A DNA stretch of 64,000 bases from the human T2T-CHM13v2.0 reference genome, Homo sapiens. Under the pieces are notes generated by a model, which saw only the letters and a program-made list of their open reading frames with translations, was not told the DNA's origin and made no database searches. Shown in pieces: positions 61,718-64,000 of the stretch. The stretch lies in NCBI RefSeq assembly GCF_009914755.1, contig NC_060929.1; one strand, 5' to 3'. A program made the translations under genes and the position numbers. How positions within the stretch are numbered: the stretch's first letter is position 1; each line of letters opens with the position of its first letter.

Positions 61718-64000
61718 ATGGTGTGCCCGAATGGATACGACCCAGGGGGCCGACATCTACTGCTGTTTATTATAATTCTAGCAGCTTGGGAGGCAGGGAG
61801 AGGCCAGCTCCACTACTCGGTCCCCGAGGAGGCTAAACATGGCAACTTCGTGGGCCGCATCGCGCAGGACCTGGGGCTGGAGCTGGCGGAGCTGGTGCCG
61901 CGCCTGTTCCGGGCGGTGTGCAAATTCCGTGGGGATCTTCTGGAGGTAAATCTGCAGAATGGCATTTTGTTTGTGAATTCTCGGATCGACCGCGAGGAGC
62001 TGTGCGGGCGGAGCGCGGAGTGCAGCATCCACCTGGAGGTGATCGTGGAAAGGCCGCTGCAGGTTTTCCATGTGGACGTGGAGGTGAAGGACATTAACGA
62101 CAACCCTCCGGTGTTCCCAGCGACACAAAGGAATCTGTTCATCGCGGAATCCAGGCCGCTTGACTCTCGGTTTCCACTAGAGGGCGCGTCCGATGCAGAT
62201 ATCGGGGAGAACGCCCTGCTCACTTACAGACTGAGCCCCAATGAGTATTTCTTCCTGGACGTGCCAACCAGCAACCAGCAGGTAAAACCTCTTGGACTTG
62301 TATTACGGAAACTTTTAGACAGAGAAGAAACTCCGGAGCTTCATTTATTGCTCACGGCCACCGATGGAGGCAAACCCGAGCTGACTGGCACCGTTCAATT
62401 ACTCATCACGGTACTGGACAACAATGACAATGCCCCAGTGTTCGACAGAACCCTGTATACGGTGAAATTACCAGAAAACGTTTCTATCGGAACGCTGGTG
62501 ATTCACCCCAATGCCTCAGATTTAGACGAAGGCTTGAATGGGGATATTATTTACTCCTTCTCCAGTGATGTTTCTCCAGATATAAAATCCAAGTTCCACA
62601 TGGACCCCTTAAGTGGGGCAATCACAGTGATAGGACATATGGATTTTGAAGAAAGTAGAGCACACAAGATCCCAGTCGAGGCTGTCGATAAAGGCTTCCC
62701 ACCCCTGGCTGGTCATTGTACAGTTCTTGTGGAAGTTGTGGATGTAAATGACAATGCTCCACAGTTGACTCTCACTTCCCTGTCTCTCCCTATTCCAGAG
62801 GACGCCCAACCAGGTACCGTCATCACATTGATTAGCGTGTTTGACCGAGATTTTGGAGTCAACGGACAGGTTACCTGCTCCCTGACGCCCCGCGTTCCCT
62901 TCAAGTTGGTGTCCACCTTCAAGAATTACTATTCATTGGTGCTGGACAGCGCTCTGGACCGCGAGAGTGTGTCCGCCTATGAGCTGGTGGTTACCGCGCG
63001 GGACGGGGGCTCGCCTTCTCTGTGGGCCACTGCTAGCGTGTCCGTGGAGGTGGCCGACGTGAACGACAACGCCCCGGCGTTCGCGCAGCCCGAGTATACG
63101 GTGTTCGTGAAGGAGAACAACCCGCCGGGCTGCCACATCTTCACTGTGTCGGCGGGGGACGCGGACGCGCAGAAGAACGCGCTGGTGTCCTACTCGCTGG
63201 TGGAGCTGCGGGTGGGCGAGCGCGCGCTGTCGAGCTACGTGTCAGTGCACGCGGAGAGCGGCAAGGTGTACGCGCTGCAGCCGTTGGACCACGAGGAGCT
63301 GGAGCTGTTGCAGTTCCAGGTGAGCGCGCGCGATGCGGGCGTGCCGCCTCTGGGCAGCAACGTGACGCTGCAGGTGTTCGTGCTGGACGAGAACGACAAC
63401 GCGCCGGCACTGCTGGCGCCTCGGGTGGGTGGCACTGGTGGCGCAGTGAGAGAGCTTGTGCCGCGGTCTGTGGGCGCGGGCCATGTGGTGGCGAAGGTAC
63501 GTGCAGTTGACGCTGACTCAGGCTACAACGCGTGGCTTTCGTATGAGTTGCAACCGGTGGCGGCCGGTGCGAGCATCCCGTTCCGCGTGGGGCTGTACAC
63601 TGGTGAGATCAGCACGACACGAGCCCTAGATGAGACGGACGCACCGCGCCACCGCCTTCTGGTGCTTGTGAAGGACCACGGGGAGCCCTCGCTGACAGCC
63701 ACAGCCACCGTGCTGGTGTCGCTGGTGGAAAGCGGCCAGGCACCAAAGGCGTCGTCGCGGGCATCGTTGGGCATTGCAGGCCCAGAGACCGAGCTGGTGG
63801 ATGTCAACGTGTACCTGATCATCGCCATCTGCGCGGTGTCCAGTCTGTTGGTGCTTACCCTGCTGCTGTACACGGCGTTGCGGTGCTCAGCGCCGTCCTC
63901 TGAGGGCGCATGTAGTTTGGTAAAGCCCACTCTGGTGTGCTCCAGCGCGGTGGGGAGCTGGTCATTCTCCCAGCAGAGGCGGCAGAGGGTGTGCTCTGGG
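61718..64000 (+). CDS. PCDHA7: Protocadherin alpha-7 variable exon, 3'-truncated by the window (761 codons visible)
   Basis: Not in the ORF track, presumably because there is no stop inside the window. Hand translation gives [38 protein letters not shown]..., colinear with the paralogs through the TM to RQRVCSG. Confidence 0.94.
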   Translation, partial: MVCPNGYDPGGRHLLLFIIILAAWEAGRGQLHYSVPEEAKHGNFVGRIAQDLGLELAELVPRLFRAVCKFRGDLLEVNLQNGILFVNSRIDREELCGRSAECSIHLEVIVERPLQVFHVDVEVKDINDNPPVFPATQRNLFIAESRPLDSRFPLEGASDADIGENALLTYRLSPNEYFFLDVPTSNQQVKPLGLVLRKLLDREETPELHLLLTATDGGKPELTGTVQLLITVLDNNDNAPVFDRTLYTVKLPENVSIGTLVIHPNASDLDEGLNGDIIYSFSSDVSPDIKSKFHMDPLSGAITVIGHMDFEESRAHKIPVEAVDKGFPPLAGHCTVLVEVVDVNDNAPQLTLTSLSLPIPEDAQPGTVITLISVFDRDFGVNGQVTCSLTPRVPFKLVSTFKNYYSLVLDSALDRESVSAYELVVTARDGGSPSLWATASVSVEVADVNDNAPAFAQPEYTVFVKENNPPGCHIFTVSAGDADAQKNALVSYSLVELRVGERALSSYVSVHAESGKVYALQPLDHEELELLQFQVSARDAGVPPLGSNVTLQVFVLDENDNAPALLAPRVGGTGGAVRELVPRSVGAGHVVAKVRAVDADSGYNAWLSYELQPVAAGASIPFRVGLYTGEISTTRALDETDAPRHRLLVLVKDHGEPSLTATATVLVSLVESGQAPKASSRASLGIAGPETELVDVNVYLIIAICAVSSLLVLTLLLYTALRCSAPSSEGACSLVKPTLVCSSAVGSWSFSQQRRQRVCSG
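62174..62187 (+). promoter_or_regulatory. Exonic CTCF site (eCBS) of PCDHA7
   Basis: CCACTAGAGGGCGC at +456. Confidence 0.85.

Overview
This is primate DNA, almost certainly human: the 5' end of the clustered protocadherin-alpha locus (PCDHA@, 5q31). Seven tandem + strand single-exon 'variable exons' follow one another, PCDHA1 to PCDHA6 complete and PCDHA7 running off the window end. Each encodes a signal peptide, six cadherin repeats, a TM segment and a short variable cytoplasmic part. The six complete exons end in a phase-0 splice donor; the shared constant exons lie outside the window. Each unit carries the same regulatory cassette. It consists of a promoter CSE/pCBS CTCF site (GCCACATGATGTCGCT) 180-230 bp upstream of the ATG, an antisense-strand 5' splice site just upstream of it, and an exonic CTCF site (CCACTAGAGGGCGC-like) written in the EC2 codons 453-456 nt after the ATG. 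This is the known stochastic promoter-choice / antisense-lncRNA system, so the core system is not new. Less obvious points are the correlated decay of the cassette in alpha1 and alpha2, paralog-specific CpG differences in the CTCF sites, and an internal in-frame donor in EC5 whose strength varies between paralogs. The first 12 kb and the alpha4-alpha5 gap are nested transposon debris. They include a full-length HSMAR2 relic split by an internally deleted L1 and an Alu, a locally inverted copy of part of that HSMAR2, a complete MST LTR element, Tigger3, L1s and Alus. Repeat subfamily names and literature links are from memory and were not checked by search.
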